A stretch of DNA of 62,272 nt, filler included, from Globobulimina sp. (GCA_003354225.1; 35 parts of 35 records of this genome joined end to end with filler, not necessarily neighbours in it); one strand, 5' to 3'. Numbered from the whole stretch's first letter, positions 38,226 to 49,905 are shown. Numbers and translations are program-made. The notes: generated by a model not told the origin, from the letters alone.

Positions 38226-38654
38226 ATGTCATCCAAACAACCAGTCAATGACAACAGTGCGCATACGATTGCTGCGCTAGATTTTGTTGAACCTGACACT
38301 CCCACAAATCCATCGTGTGGAGATTATTTACTTCATGCAATCAAACGATTATCGCGATCGCTGTCCAGCAATGCCAACCAATTATTAAACAAAACCATCA
38401 GTAAATCCAGCAGCGAATCCACACAAAACTCAAAACCACCGTCAAAAACCAAAAATTTACCTGAAACCCCACAAAATATAACCATCCAAATGGGATCTGC
38501 ATATTTACGGCGTCTCGATTTCTCCAATTTGGAGCCAGCCAGCACTAAATATGATGATTCCGCATATTTTGAGGAATTATTTTCTCCGTTGCCTTGCCAT
38601 GAAGAATTTTTCGATCATAACAATGTCCAACATACAACAAAATCAGTTAAATAA
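38226..38654 (+). CDS. Hypothetical S/T/P-rich protein
   Basis: Complete 142-aa ATG ORF divergent from the 7TM gene. Confidence 0.5.
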   Translation: MSSKQPVNDNSAHTIAALDFVEPDTPTNPSCGDYLLHAIKRLSRSLSSNANQLLNKTISKSSSESTQNSKPPSKTKNLPETPQNITIQMGSAYLRRLDFSNLEPASTKYDDSAYFEELFSPLPCHEEFFDHNNVQHTTKSVK

Positions 38655-39215
38655 CAGAAACACTATTTTTTTTTGCATTTTTCGTCAACACAAACATTGA
38701 TATACAGATCGCGAAAATAAATAAGAAAAAAACTATATATTCCAAATCTACATCGCAAATCTCATGAAATTAATATAAATTAATTTATTTAAAAAGACAT
38801 ATAAATAATATTTATACATTAAAAATAACATATTTTATTAAATTTAATTGTATTTTTTCTTTTTTTGTGTTAAAAAATGCAATGAGGGCGTTTTATGGAG
38901 CATGTACTGACAGTTATTATCAGCTTGGTATTCAAAAGAATTTGTAATTTTTTTGTGCACAAATTATACCACGTTGTACTATTTACATTTACATGTTTCG
39001 CATGAATATGTTGGACAAATACATATATTTTGAAAGGTTACTTGCATTTCGAACGAGTATGAGGTACATGTTTGATTGACACCCTTTACAATGTATTATT
39101 TAAATAGTAACTATGNNNNNNNNNNNNNNNNNNNNNNNNNNNNNNNNNNNNNNNNNNNNTTAATTAATTAANNNNNNNNNNNNNNNNNNNNNNNNNNNNN
39201 NNNNNNNNNNNNNNN

Positions 39216-40897
39216 ACTGTGGCCAGCAACCAATCCTTGGTTGACAATGGAAATGACTCCTTTCCAGACGATCTGAAATCGTATGTCGAGCGCAAACCGA
39301 AAATCAATAAATACTTTGCTGTGGTGGGCAAGCTAATGCATTTATATCCAGCCAATGTAGTGGCAACCTTGACCCTGGAGGAAAATTGGAAGATTTTGTG
39401 TGAGATTGTGGCGCAATTAGAGAGCGGCGCGGATACCTTTTCCTGGGCGAAAAACGATGATAAGTTGATAGTGTTGCAAATCATGATTGACATTATTGAC
39501 AAATATCATGTAGATTGCGCCAAATTGCTCAATATGACATTGATTGATGCGTTGACTTCGCAGTATTTAGTGTCGACGCGGAGTAACATCGTCTCGCCGC
39601 ATATGGCTCAAGTTGTGGCCATAACGTACAGATTATTGACACATTTTGCCAGCGATACTGATACGGATAATTGGATCACGAGCAAGATTGCGGACAAACA
39701 CTGGTTTTTATGGGCCATCGCTGATATAATTACACCGAATAATGTGTACCAATCGAGCTTGGCCGCCAACAGCATTCTTGTGTTTATCACCAAGATCATT
39801 GATTATAAATGCATGGCTAATACGAGAGGGAAGATGCTGAAGAAGTGTATGAAAAAATGGGAGGAGAGCTGTCAACTTTCGCCCACTAAAAAAGTGCTAC
39901 AATATCCCAGGGAGACAGTGTTGAAATTATTGATGTTGATATTAAAGACACCCGAGGATCATGCACAATTTCTGCACGATAACGCCAAGAAATTGGTAGG
40001 AACGTGGTTGAAATTTTATTTTTATACAGAATTTTTGCGGGATGAAGAGGAAATTTCTACGTATAATGCCGCGTTGGATTTCTTTCAGTTTCACATTAAG
40101 GCTGTAAGCGGATATCCAGCGTTACAAAATGAGAGGTTTTTATTTTTCATTAGCCACTATACGGAGGCGATATGTTCGATTTTTGCATACTGTTCGCATA
40201 GAAAAGAGCAGCTTGAATGGCGGGACATATTTGACAAAGCTATACAAACATTGCAATTGATATTTGATTTGGAAAAAATATATAAAACACAGCCGCAGCA
40301 TAAGATCGTGGCCGGTTTTGTGAAAAACATAGCGTCGCAGGTGCTGCTGCTCTCAAATGGCCCGCACGATTACAATGCGAACAAAACCAACACTGACGAC
40401 GAAAAATTGGCGATCAAATATTTGCAGGCTATCCAGGAGAATGGGAAGAGTTTCTCGTATGCTTCTAAACAATTACAACTCAAATGTGAGTTTATAGAGT
40501 CACAGAAACAACTTTATTGTGCGAGAATAACGCCCATTTTGAAACTGTTTTTAATGAATTATGGACATACGAATGTATTATTTAATGAGAGCACAGTGAA
40601 GGACACCAGTTCCATCATGATTTGCTGTTGGTTTTTACAATTAATTGGATGCAAATTGCCAGATATTATCGCGAAAACTGTGCAGATTTATTTGGCACAG
40701 ATTTGTGACAAAAGGGAAGTGTTTAAACACATTGTGTGTGGCTGGGTTATTTATTGCATATTGATAACCAGTGCGAGCTTACCCAATGCTATGTTTTTAG
40801 AGGAGGTTAATATGAAATTGATGCTGTCGTTGATGAAGGGAGTGCTCAGTTCGCTGTTGGATGAACAGGAGGATAATCACATTGTAAAATGTAAATT
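39216..40897 (+). CDS. Internal part of a large alpha-helical (HEAT/ARM-like) protein
   Basis: Frame open over the whole contig; amphipathic Leu/Ile-rich helices. Confidence 0.7.
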
Positions 40898-41121
40898 NNN
40901 NNNNNNNNNNNNNNNNNNNNNNNNNNNNNNNNNNNNNNNNNTTAATTAATTAANNNNNNNNNNNNNNNNNNNNNNNNNNNNNNNNNNNNNNNNNNNNGTG
41001 TTGTATGTGCATCTGATCCGTATATACCGCAATATTAATCCCTTCAATATACCAAACGTTAACCGAACGTTTCCCAACCAAACGTTACAAGGATTTATTT
41101 GCTGTTTAAATATGGAATGCT

Positions 41122-41850
41122 TTATTTGAATATATTTTTAAATATCTGTACTTGATCCAAACGATCAATATTATCGTAGTATGTCTTTAATGATTTAAAT
41201 GATTTCCAATCAGCCTGTTTCATGATTGCTGTCGTTGGCAAGTTCTGTTTAACTGCCCATTGTGCTCCTCCTTTTATCCAGCTATGTCCGGCGATATTGT
41301 CCGGATTTATTCCTATTTCCTTTGCGAGTCTTTTTATCATCTTTCCCATTGTGTACTTGTTCAAAATCTGATTATTGTCCAATTTAAATAGAGTTTCTGT
41401 TGCTAAATCTTTTGCTTTTTTCATCTTTAATCTTATGAGCAAATATCTTTTTATTGCGCATAAAAAGCAGAATTTTGATGCTTTGCAGGTGCATATAAAT
41501 ACGGCAAATAAATCTCCTCCAAACTGGTAAGTTTTCCCTTTTTTCCTGCTTAGAATACAATGACTTGAATTTATGAAATCATTGCTTCCTAAATCATGCT
41601 CAAATTCTAAGCTGTTTATGTTTAAATTTAATGATAAATCCGAATTATGTACATATTCGGATATTCTTTTTATTCCAAAATATGGCAAAGTTAGAATTGC
41701 CTCCCATGCGGTTTTGTCTTTATGTGACATATTTTTATCATTCCTTACTACATTTATCATTGCCTCCAATTCCTTCTCTTTTATAGAGTCTTTTCCCTTT
41801 GTTGGTCTCTCTTTTTTTTCTTGTTTTATGATTCCATATAATCTTTGCAT
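41122..41850 (-). mobile_element. Tyrosine recombinase of a DIRS/Ngaro-like element, probably inactivated
   Basis: YFGIKRISEY (Arg I), GKTYQ, CFLCAIKRYL, GHSWIKGGA (HxxR with R>I), DWKS..KTYY. Confidence 0.85.
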
Positions 41851-41873
41851 GTCTTCTTGCTGTGTTTTAATAA

Positions 41874-42629
41874 TTATATTATTAAATGTGCGTTAGAAAT
41901 AAAACATACTTGGTTGCCCTTTGCATTTTTTCTCGCTTTTTCCAATGCGTTTTCTTCCAAATTCTTTCGTAGCTCAATGTGCGCTGCATTCACTTTCTCC
42001 ATATCTCTATGAATCGCGTCACATTCATCGATTTCGTCCATTGCTTGTTTTGCTAAAATAACTGCCTGTTTCGTGCATGCGAATTCTAATCCTTTTGTGT
42101 CGTTCTCTTTTGCCAATTTTATGATTAATTCATCAAAATTTAATTCATCCGCCATCTTACTCATTCGGTTTCTTTTTGCGATGGATCCGATGCCATCGAA
42201 TGCTTTCTTCGATTTTTCTTCTTCGCTCTTTAATAAATCTGCCAGTTCTTTGGCATTGCTACAATTCATTCGGTCTAAACATGCTTCTTTTCGTCTTAAT
42301 ATCGATTTTTTCATCATTTCATTTCTTGCGTCGATCGATTCATTGACCGATGTCAATGCTTCTTGTTTATCTGTATTTGTCTCATTGTTATTGTCCGTCA
42401 TCTTAATTTGTTCAATCTTCTCAGTGATTTGCTCGAAATCTGCGAATCTATATTTTCTTTTGTTGTTTCCTGATGTTCGGCGAAAAGTTGTTTGTTTTAC
42501 TTGAAGTTTTTTCTTTTTATTTTCTGGTTTGAATGGGTCGTTTTTGTTGACCTCAAAGAGCTTCCTTAGGAATGATGTGAAACTGTGTAGGAATGATGTG
42601 AAACTGTGTAATCTGAATACGTCATACAT
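41874..42629 (-). CDS. Coiled-coil ORF1 (gag-like by position) of the YR element
   Basis: Co-oriented and directly upstream of the YR; K/E-rich helical; similar A-rich codon style. Confidence 0.5.
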   Translation of the reverse strand: MYDVFRLHSFTSFLHSFTSFLRKLFEVNKNDPFKPENKKKKLQVKQTTFRRTSGNNKRKYRFADFEQITEKIEQIKMTDNNNETNTDKQEALTSVNESIDARNEMMKKSILRRKEACLDRMNCSNAKELADLLKSEEEKSKKAFDGIGSIAKRNRMSKMADELNFDELIIKLAKENDTKGLEFACTKQAVILAKQAMDEIDECDAIHRDMEKVNAAHIELRKNLEENALEKARKNAKGNQVCFISNAHLII

Positions 42630-42654
42630 ATCTATTATGGATTATGGATTATGA
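42567..42654. repeat. Short tandem repeats at the 5' end of the YR element
   Basis: 2x TAGGAATGATGTGAAACTGTG and 3x ATTATG(G). Confidence 0.8.
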
Positions 42655-42852
42655 ATATCTGAGAAACGCTTTTGTTCTCNNNNNNNNNNNNNNNNNNNNN
42701 NNNNNNNNNNNNNNNNNNNNNNNTTAATTAATTAANNNNNNNNNNNNNNNNNNNNNNNNNNNNNNNNNNNNNNNNNNNNTTATTTTAGTATTTAAACAAC
42801 TTATATGTTGGTATTGGATTAGATCTAAAAAACATTATTATTAATAGTCATG

Positions 42853-43527
42853 TCATTGCGCAAATAATTGCGATTCAGCTCTCAAATATTCACCAACATC
42901 GGCTTGATTAAACACCATAATCCCAGTCGGATCCAATTTTCTTGAGTCAGAGGTCGATCTTGCCATTGATCCAAATCCCAATGCAGTATCCTGTTGATTG
43001 TAAACAATTACTCCATGATATTGCGGCGCGTTTTCCGTGATTCGCAACACCTGCGCTTTTAGCACATGATTGCCATAAATAAATGACATTTCTGCTTTGG
43101 GTTTGATCCATACTTTGTACTGAGCGTATTGACTCAAATATTCTAACGAGGTTATGTGTAGCCGAACATTTCTCGTTCGACGTTGAAATTTACCGAAACA
43201 CTTTTGATGTTATTAGTTTTTAAGCCGTTTCTGATGAAGCATCAAATGAATTAAATAAATCACTAAACTATGCCAGCAGACATTAATTTTTTTCTTTCCA
43301 CAGCTTTTGCAAAGCCGACCATATCCTTCCTCAAATAAAAGATCCTGTCTTGGTGTATTCTGAAACAAAATTTGCCTCCTTTTGAATCCAACAAATGTTT
43401 GATAGAACGGCCAATGCTGTATCAAACACAATAAGTCTTGCAATGATAAGTAAAGTTGAATCAACACATACTATTTAGCTAGTTTCTCAAAGAACACTCT
43501 GGTCTCTTCTGGGGATAAAGGTCTCAT
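42853..43527 (-). CDS. NIP7: 60S ribosome biogenesis protein NIP7; introns 43417-43471 and 43201-43268
   Basis: Spliced [65 protein letters not shown]. Confidence 0.97.
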
Positions 43528-43575
43528 TGTCACTGAAGTGCGTTTTCTGTTTTTCAGCTTATTTCATAATTAACC

Positions 43576-44461
43576 ATGTCGTCGTTCATTTTCGCACTTT
43601 TATTGTATCTACACCTAAACCTCTGTTATGCTCAGATATTAGACGTCGATAATTCCAACTCGAACAAACCACAAAATATCGACAATTTACAGTCAAACCT
43701 GGCAGAACAACAAAGTGCTAACATAGAAGTCAAAATAGTACGCGCCGACGTCCCAGATATAGACAAAGATGAATTGGAGGAAGTATTATTGCATGAAGAT
43801 GATGCGAATAATCTAGAAATAGATAATAAAAACAATATAGATGCAGACACCGATGCGAATGAGCCAATACATAAAAAAACAACCAATAAACCTTCATCAA
43901 CCCAACCAAAATACGCCTGGGTCTCCATGGTCGACAGAAACGTAACCTCAGTCATCGGCGCACGCGTATTATCCCAATCATTATCAAAGTTATCTCCATA
44001 CACAATCCGATCCACACACAAAACACACACACATTACGCACGGTACACAGACACAAATCAACCGCAGATCGCATAATTATATGTATTCCCGGCGTGAGCG
44101 ACAAAGCCATCCACATGTTATCCAATTTTGGCTGGCAAATACATTCCATCTCAGTCAACATGTTCGATAAAATAAAGCATTATCCAGAGCATATCAGACA
44201 TGTCCTACTCAAAACATTAATGTTCAACTTTACCGAATACGAATCCGTTGGCTATATCTCACCGCAAAGCATGGTGACCACAAACATCGACCATCTGTTC
44301 CAATGCGGCAGCAATGCTTTGTGTGCCACCACAAATGATAAACATCACCAAATCTATCATAACAATCAACGTCATACTAAAAAATTACTATCCAACATCG
44401 AATACATACTCTATGACGAAAAGGGACAGATAATAACGAAGCCACTGACCATTCCCAACCA
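43576..44461 (+). CDS. Glycosyltransferase family 8 (glycogenin/GUX-like), DxD motif absent (3' truncated); intron 43989-44050
   Basis: Signal peptide; YAWVSM..GARVLSQSL.|.STADRIII..GVS..GW..K..FNFTEY..YISPQSMVTTNIDHLFQC. Confidence 0.75.
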
Positions 44462-44683
44462 NNNNNNNNNNNNNNNNNNNNNNNNNNNNNNNNNNNNNNN
44501 NNNNNTTAATTAATTAANNNNNNNNNNNNNNNNNNNNNNNNNNNNNNNNNNNNNNNNNNNNGAGCAGCATATGACAGTTAGTGAGCTGTTCATGTAAAAT
44601 AAAATTATTTTTCATCTCAAAAAGACACGCTACAAATACTTGAATGAGGGATATTGACAATTCAGGCAAAAGAAAAAATAGTG

Positions 44684-46162
44684 CTAACGTTTGGTTTCAG
44701 TAAATTGAGAGCCATATATTTTAAGAAATCGTTCAATCGCTTCTCTCAAAGTTCTGTTTGGAACCAATTGATGTAAATGTAATTCTTTTTGATTTATCGG
44801 ATCAGTATGTTTTGCATTAATCCATTCGGTTATACTTTGCCGTTCAAATGAATGTCCGCTCACAATGGATATCACAGGATCGCGCATAATTAAATAATGT
44901 ATTGGATCCAGGAACGATTCTGGTATTTCAATATGGCGAATATCACCAATATCGCCGGCTTCTTCCTCTTCAATAATATGGGTATTAATACCGGCAAAAG
45001 TCTCTGTTTTTTGCTTTTCCGATAACAGCTTTTCTATATTGTTGACAATTAACTTTTGAACAAACTCCTCTTTGATTCCAATTGATTTTAAAAACAAATC
45101 ATTCATTTTCATAATATTTGAACCGTTGATTTCTAACTTTTCTATATTTAGTTTTAAATTCTCATATTTTTTATCATTAAACAATCCAAATTCAATCATA
45201 TTTAGCCATTTTATGATCTGTTCAACATTCCATGTCCGAACATCAATGTCGTTATTGTCATCTATTAATTTTATAATTTTATGCATTGCCATTGACATTA
45301 ATTTATATTGCTTTTTTTCTGCAATATATAACAATGCAATTATATTTTCATTGTCATTTCCATCATATTTATGATCAAATATAATTTGTAAATCATTGTT
45401 TTCATCAAATTGATATGAGATAACATGTAATTTACAATAATGTGATAATATAAGTAATATATCGTTATCTGTTAATAAATCATTATTTTTCTTACATTGC
45501 GACCAATTTGATATATTTTGCTCAAAATATTCCTTATTTGTTTCATTATTTATGTGTAAAAAAATATTTTTTTTGAAGTTATTGTCCAAACTATGATAAA
45601 TTTGATATTCAAATGCTTTATAAATTGTGTCCTTACAACCATCTCTTTCGTCATATTTTATCTCATTTATTATTTCCAGTCCATTTTCCTGTAATACATT
45701 TAATAGATTATTTTTATCAATTTCTGGTTTACTGTTAGTTGGGCATGAACCCAGCGGTCGAATTCTATCAAAATCACCACTTAAATGCAATTTAGCTGTG
45801 AATCTGTATATTTTTGAATGATTTCAAATTGCAACGCGAATGATTATGTGTGCTGTTTAAGAACAGAAAGTAAATTAAATTAAAAGTAACTGCATGTTAA
45901 TATTTTGCGATAAGACTTTAATCCAATTATGTTGTTTGTCGATAACAGTGGCAACAACCCATTGATTGGATACATGCTCTCTAACTTCAATCCAATCATT
46001 TATTGAATATGGATTGTTTATCATCTCATTACATGTTCGAGGATACTCTAATTGTCGCACACGTTCGTTTGTTGGTTTGTAAATACTATCGACATCATTG
46101 CCACTTGAAATTGGCACACCATCATTGTTGGTTTGTGGTGGCAAAGAAGAAACACACCCCAT
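44684..46162 (-). CDS. U-box E3 ligase with SAM domain, N-terminal MGC acylation signal, Agenet/Tudor-like and OTU-like segments; intron 45804-45890
   Basis: U-box IPESFLDPI..IMRDPV..SGHSFER..I..W..DPI..LVPNRTLREAI; SAM WNVEQIIKWL..INGS..LKSIGI; an 87-nt intron gives WIKV..NMQ|FTAKLH. Confidence 0.85.
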
Positions 46163-46620
46163 TATTGTGAATGGAGCTATCTTATTAAAAAAAAGATCAC
46201 ACTACACATCATGCTCTCGTTTGTGACAATTTTGTTAGTTGGTNNNNNNNNNNNNNNNNNNNNNNNNNNNNNNNNNNNNNNNNNNNNTTAATTAATTAAN
46301 NNNNNNNNNNNNNNNNNNNNNNNNNNNNNNNNNNNNNNNNNNNGATTTAGATTTGGATCTAAATTGTATTTTATTTTGTAATTATTTTTGTATGTGTCCA
46401 ATCTCAGTGTTTTGTTTTCTTTTTATAATGTTTAATATTTGAGCAATACTTTTATAGTTTGTGACAGTTAATTTTATTTTTTTTTTGGATATCATTTTTT
46501 TGCGAACGTTTGTGTAGCAAAATGTATCCTTGCACTCACTCCTCGACACCCTGTCATCTTCGCAAAAGTTGTTTATAATCGAAAGATTTTTTTAAAAAAC
46601 TCAGAGTGCAACAATGGTAA

Positions 46621-48024
46621 ATGAAAGAGTATTTACTTAAAATCTGGCTCTTATTCGTTGTTATTGGTTGTTTTAACAAATTTAGTTCCATGGTCTTCGA
46701 CTATTTACAAAACACATTTGGTCCATATTTTTGGCCATTTGCCGCGGTCTGTGCCTTAACATTAACCCATATTGGCAGGAAATGCATCATTGTATCATTG
46801 GGTGCATACTATATCGTAATGAGTAGAGATAAATCATTCAATTTACCAAAATATGATCCCGGCGAAATCCTATCCAACACAGACAAAATCATGAAACAAG
46901 AAACCAAAACTTTAATATTAATACGCCACGGCGAATCTATTTGGAATCAGGTCTTTAATCGCGGCATTAATTGGAATTTACCATTGAGTTTATTATATGC
47001 GTTGGCACGCGAAACATTATTGTTTGTGACCTCTGATTCGTGTCTATACGATTCGCCATTATCGACTGTTGGCATCGCCCAAGCAAAGGAAATCAGACAA
47101 TTTATAATCAATGGATATGCGAATGCGAATGCTATAAATATTAATGCGAGCAAAGAGAGCCAGAACAATGAGAATGATAATGACAAATCACAATATATGA
47201 ATGTTTTACGCAATGCAAAATTGGCAAATTCATTGATTGTATCATCTCCATTACGGAGATGTATCGAAACTGTATCTATCGGTTTATTTGATAGGTATTA
47301 CACATCATTTTGCAGTTTGAAACTGATCGCGATTTTTTACCAATGCATTGCGCATAATTTTTCAGTTTGTAATTTTAACCGAAAAATATGGCCTTTTTTT
47401 TCAGTTTGAAACTGATCGGGGATTTTGTCCATATTTCAGACTGAAAATTGATTGGGATTTTTTGCAAACAATATGGTGTTTTTTCAGTTTGAAACTTGAA
47501 AATATGAGCAAACTTAATGTTGTGTGTCTGATAATATATAGAATTAATGAGTCGAAAGAGAACATAATATTACATTCGGGATTACAGGAAATGACGCGTA
47601 ACATTGATGGGATATCCTTAAGTTACGAACGTGAGCGACCTCCCTTGTCATTGTCAATGCGGAGTTTGGAGGATGAATATAATGTTGATTGGGAAGCGTG
47701 GTTTGCCGATAGAATGAGTGTAGAGACCAAAGCAGGATTTAAATCGCCTGATCGCAGAGGCGATGCCAGGATGAGGACATTTGTACGTTGGCTATTTCAA
47801 CAGCCACAAGATATTATTATTATATCTGGACATTCGTTATGGAATAGGTTTTTTTTTCGAGCATATTTGCCAAGAGATTTAAAACACGCCGGGAAAACAG
47901 AAAAAATTGCCAATGGTGGCGTTGTAGCCTTAAAATTTTCAAAAGTAAAAGTACAGCCGGGAGTAATTCGGTATGCCATTGATGCAAAATCCATACTTCC
48001 CATTGTTAAAAACTTTGAGAAAAA
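46621..48024 (+). CDS. Histidine phosphatase/phosphoglycerate-mutase family protein with N-terminal TM; intron 47295-47541
   Basis: LIRHGESIWN, DSPLS..G..QA, SSPLRRCIET, LQE, ISGHS. Confidence 0.9.
47310..47503. repeat. Intronic array of CAGTTTGAAACTG palindromic units
   Basis: Two full and about three partial copies within the 247-nt intron. Confidence 0.75.
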
Positions 48025-48282
48025 NNNNNNNNNNNNNNNNNNNNNNNNNNNNNNNNNNNNNNNNNNNNTTAATTAATTAANNNNNNNNNNNNNNNNNNNN
48101 NNNNNNNNNNNNNNNNNNNNNNNNACGCCGAGCTTGTGTTCATTTACAAACCATTAGTCTCGCACAAATATCAACAATTGGACGTTTTGTAACAATTAGA
48201 AGGGTGAAGTTCCACGGTTCACCTTTGCATGCCCAGGCCACTTGATAGGTGGTCTGATTACAATGAATATCTCCTTGCTTTA

Positions 48283-48386
48283 TAATAAAAATAATAATAA
48301 TAATAATAATAACAATAATTAATAAATGATAATTATCATAATAATAATAACAATAATAACAATAACAATGATGCAATAATGATAAT
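48283..48386. repeat. (AAT)n/(AAC)n microsatellite
   Basis: Seen directly. Confidence 0.9.
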
Positions 48387-49138
48387 TTGTGTATGGACAC
48401 ATCTAGAACTATGAAAGGGACAAATGTACGTACAAAATTATATAGACAGACAAAAAAAATGCACAATTCAATTTACAACATGAAATCAACAATGAGCTAT
48501 TGCATGCGCGATGTATTTGTTATTATGGTGACCAAGTATAGGTTGTATATATACGTATGTACCCTGCTTGGCAGGACCAAACACATGGGTAAAATTCTCC
48601 ATGACAATGGAAGCTAATAGCATGGACAAGTTGAACAATATTTGTCATCATAATAACTTTTCACAACAATAATGTTTTCGTAGCTGACTTCATTAAATTT
48701 TGAGGATAACATTGACACGTGTAGATGGAACCATGCGCTGTGATCGCCTTTTGTATTGGTAAACTTTTGAATCTCCATCCTTCACTTTCAATGCCGGTGT
48801 CGTCACACATGTTGAACAGGTCTGAATAGTGTAGTGGTTTCCTTATTGTTATGTAACTTGAAAGTCGCAAAGTTCGAACTTTTTGACCTTCCAAATATAG
48901 TACAACTGTAGAAGAACAAAACACTAATTCCAAATTTTAAACTAGGTTTCTCTGCATTAAATTAATTGCTCCATTTCTTTAGAGAAGAAAAAAAAATCGT
49001 TGGGAAATGTTCAAATAAGCCTTGTTATAGTTTGTACTTCAAGTTTGGTGAAAATTATCCACACTACAGAACACACATGCATACACACCCGGGCATACAC
49101 ATCGCTTTTCCTGTCCGAATTCACCCTTTCCCTGCCGG

Positions 49139-49785
49139 TCCCGACATTGTCGGGATTTTGTGAATGAATATAACGATTCCACATTTATCATGGAAAGACC
49201 TTTCATTCAAGTACGCACATGCCATGCGTACGATAAAAGGTTGTATTTCAGTTTCTTTGGTCTTGTAAACAACTTTCATCGGTGCGCTTTGGGCGAAGCG
49301 CCCCTTGAAGCGTGTCTAAAGCATCATCAGCATGCATAAGAAAGCTGTTGGCTCGTTCTCAAAACTGGCGGGGAAGGAGTTATAATCACAATTATTTGTG
49401 CAATTCTACACAAATAGGCTTAGACAGCAGATTACCTAAGTCGGTGTATTTTTAAAATAATTAATCTTCCTGACCTATTAAAAAAAATATAATGTCAAAT
49501 ATGCTACAGAACGAAATAGCCGTTTAAAACAAAATATGCTGAGCGGGAAGAAGTATAATAGGGCTTAAAGGCTGGCCGTGAATACAAAAGATCGCCTGAC
49601 CTAGTTTATGCATACAATGGGCCAAGCTAGGTTACGGCGGTATATAAGGCGATTCCCATGGGTTTCGGGTCTCAGTAGAGAGACACCCGTAGGAAGTATA
49701 GGACTTCTCATTAACAGAAAATGTATTTAAACCATATTTTGCAATGTTTGAGAACCCATGGGTCCAACACAAGGCTTTAAGAGCA
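49139..49785 (+). ncRNA. Candidate large structured non-coding RNA(s); 5' part has RNase P/MRP-like motifs
   Basis: No ORF; about ten stems, several relying on G-U pairs (plus-strand specific); GGAAAG at 49192, AGTTATAAT ~49378, ACACAAATAGGCTTA at 49408-49422. Confidence 0.45.
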
Positions 49786-49905
49786 AAACTGAAGAAGTTG
49801 AATCANNNNNNNNNNNNNNNNNNNNNNNNNNNNNNNNNNNNNNNNNNNNTTAATTAATTAANNNNNNNNNNNNNNNNNNNNNNNNNNNNNNNNNNNNNNN
49901 NNNNN

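Noticed and set aside
3601-42679. Multi-gene system combining RT, helicase, MazG-like enzyme and recombinase (retron or defence-like)
   Set aside because: Each lies on a different unrelated contig and each is an ordinary eukaryotic or TE family.
49265-49352. Hammerhead ribozyme on the minus strand (CTGATGA...GAAA)
   Set aside because: Stem II closing pair and the NUH cleavage triplet are missing, and wobble pairs favour the plus strand.
49139-49805. rRNA, group I/II intron or telomerase RNA identity for the structured region
   Set aside because: No convincing rRNA conserved blocks, P/Q/R/S set, domain V or CCCTAA template found by eye.
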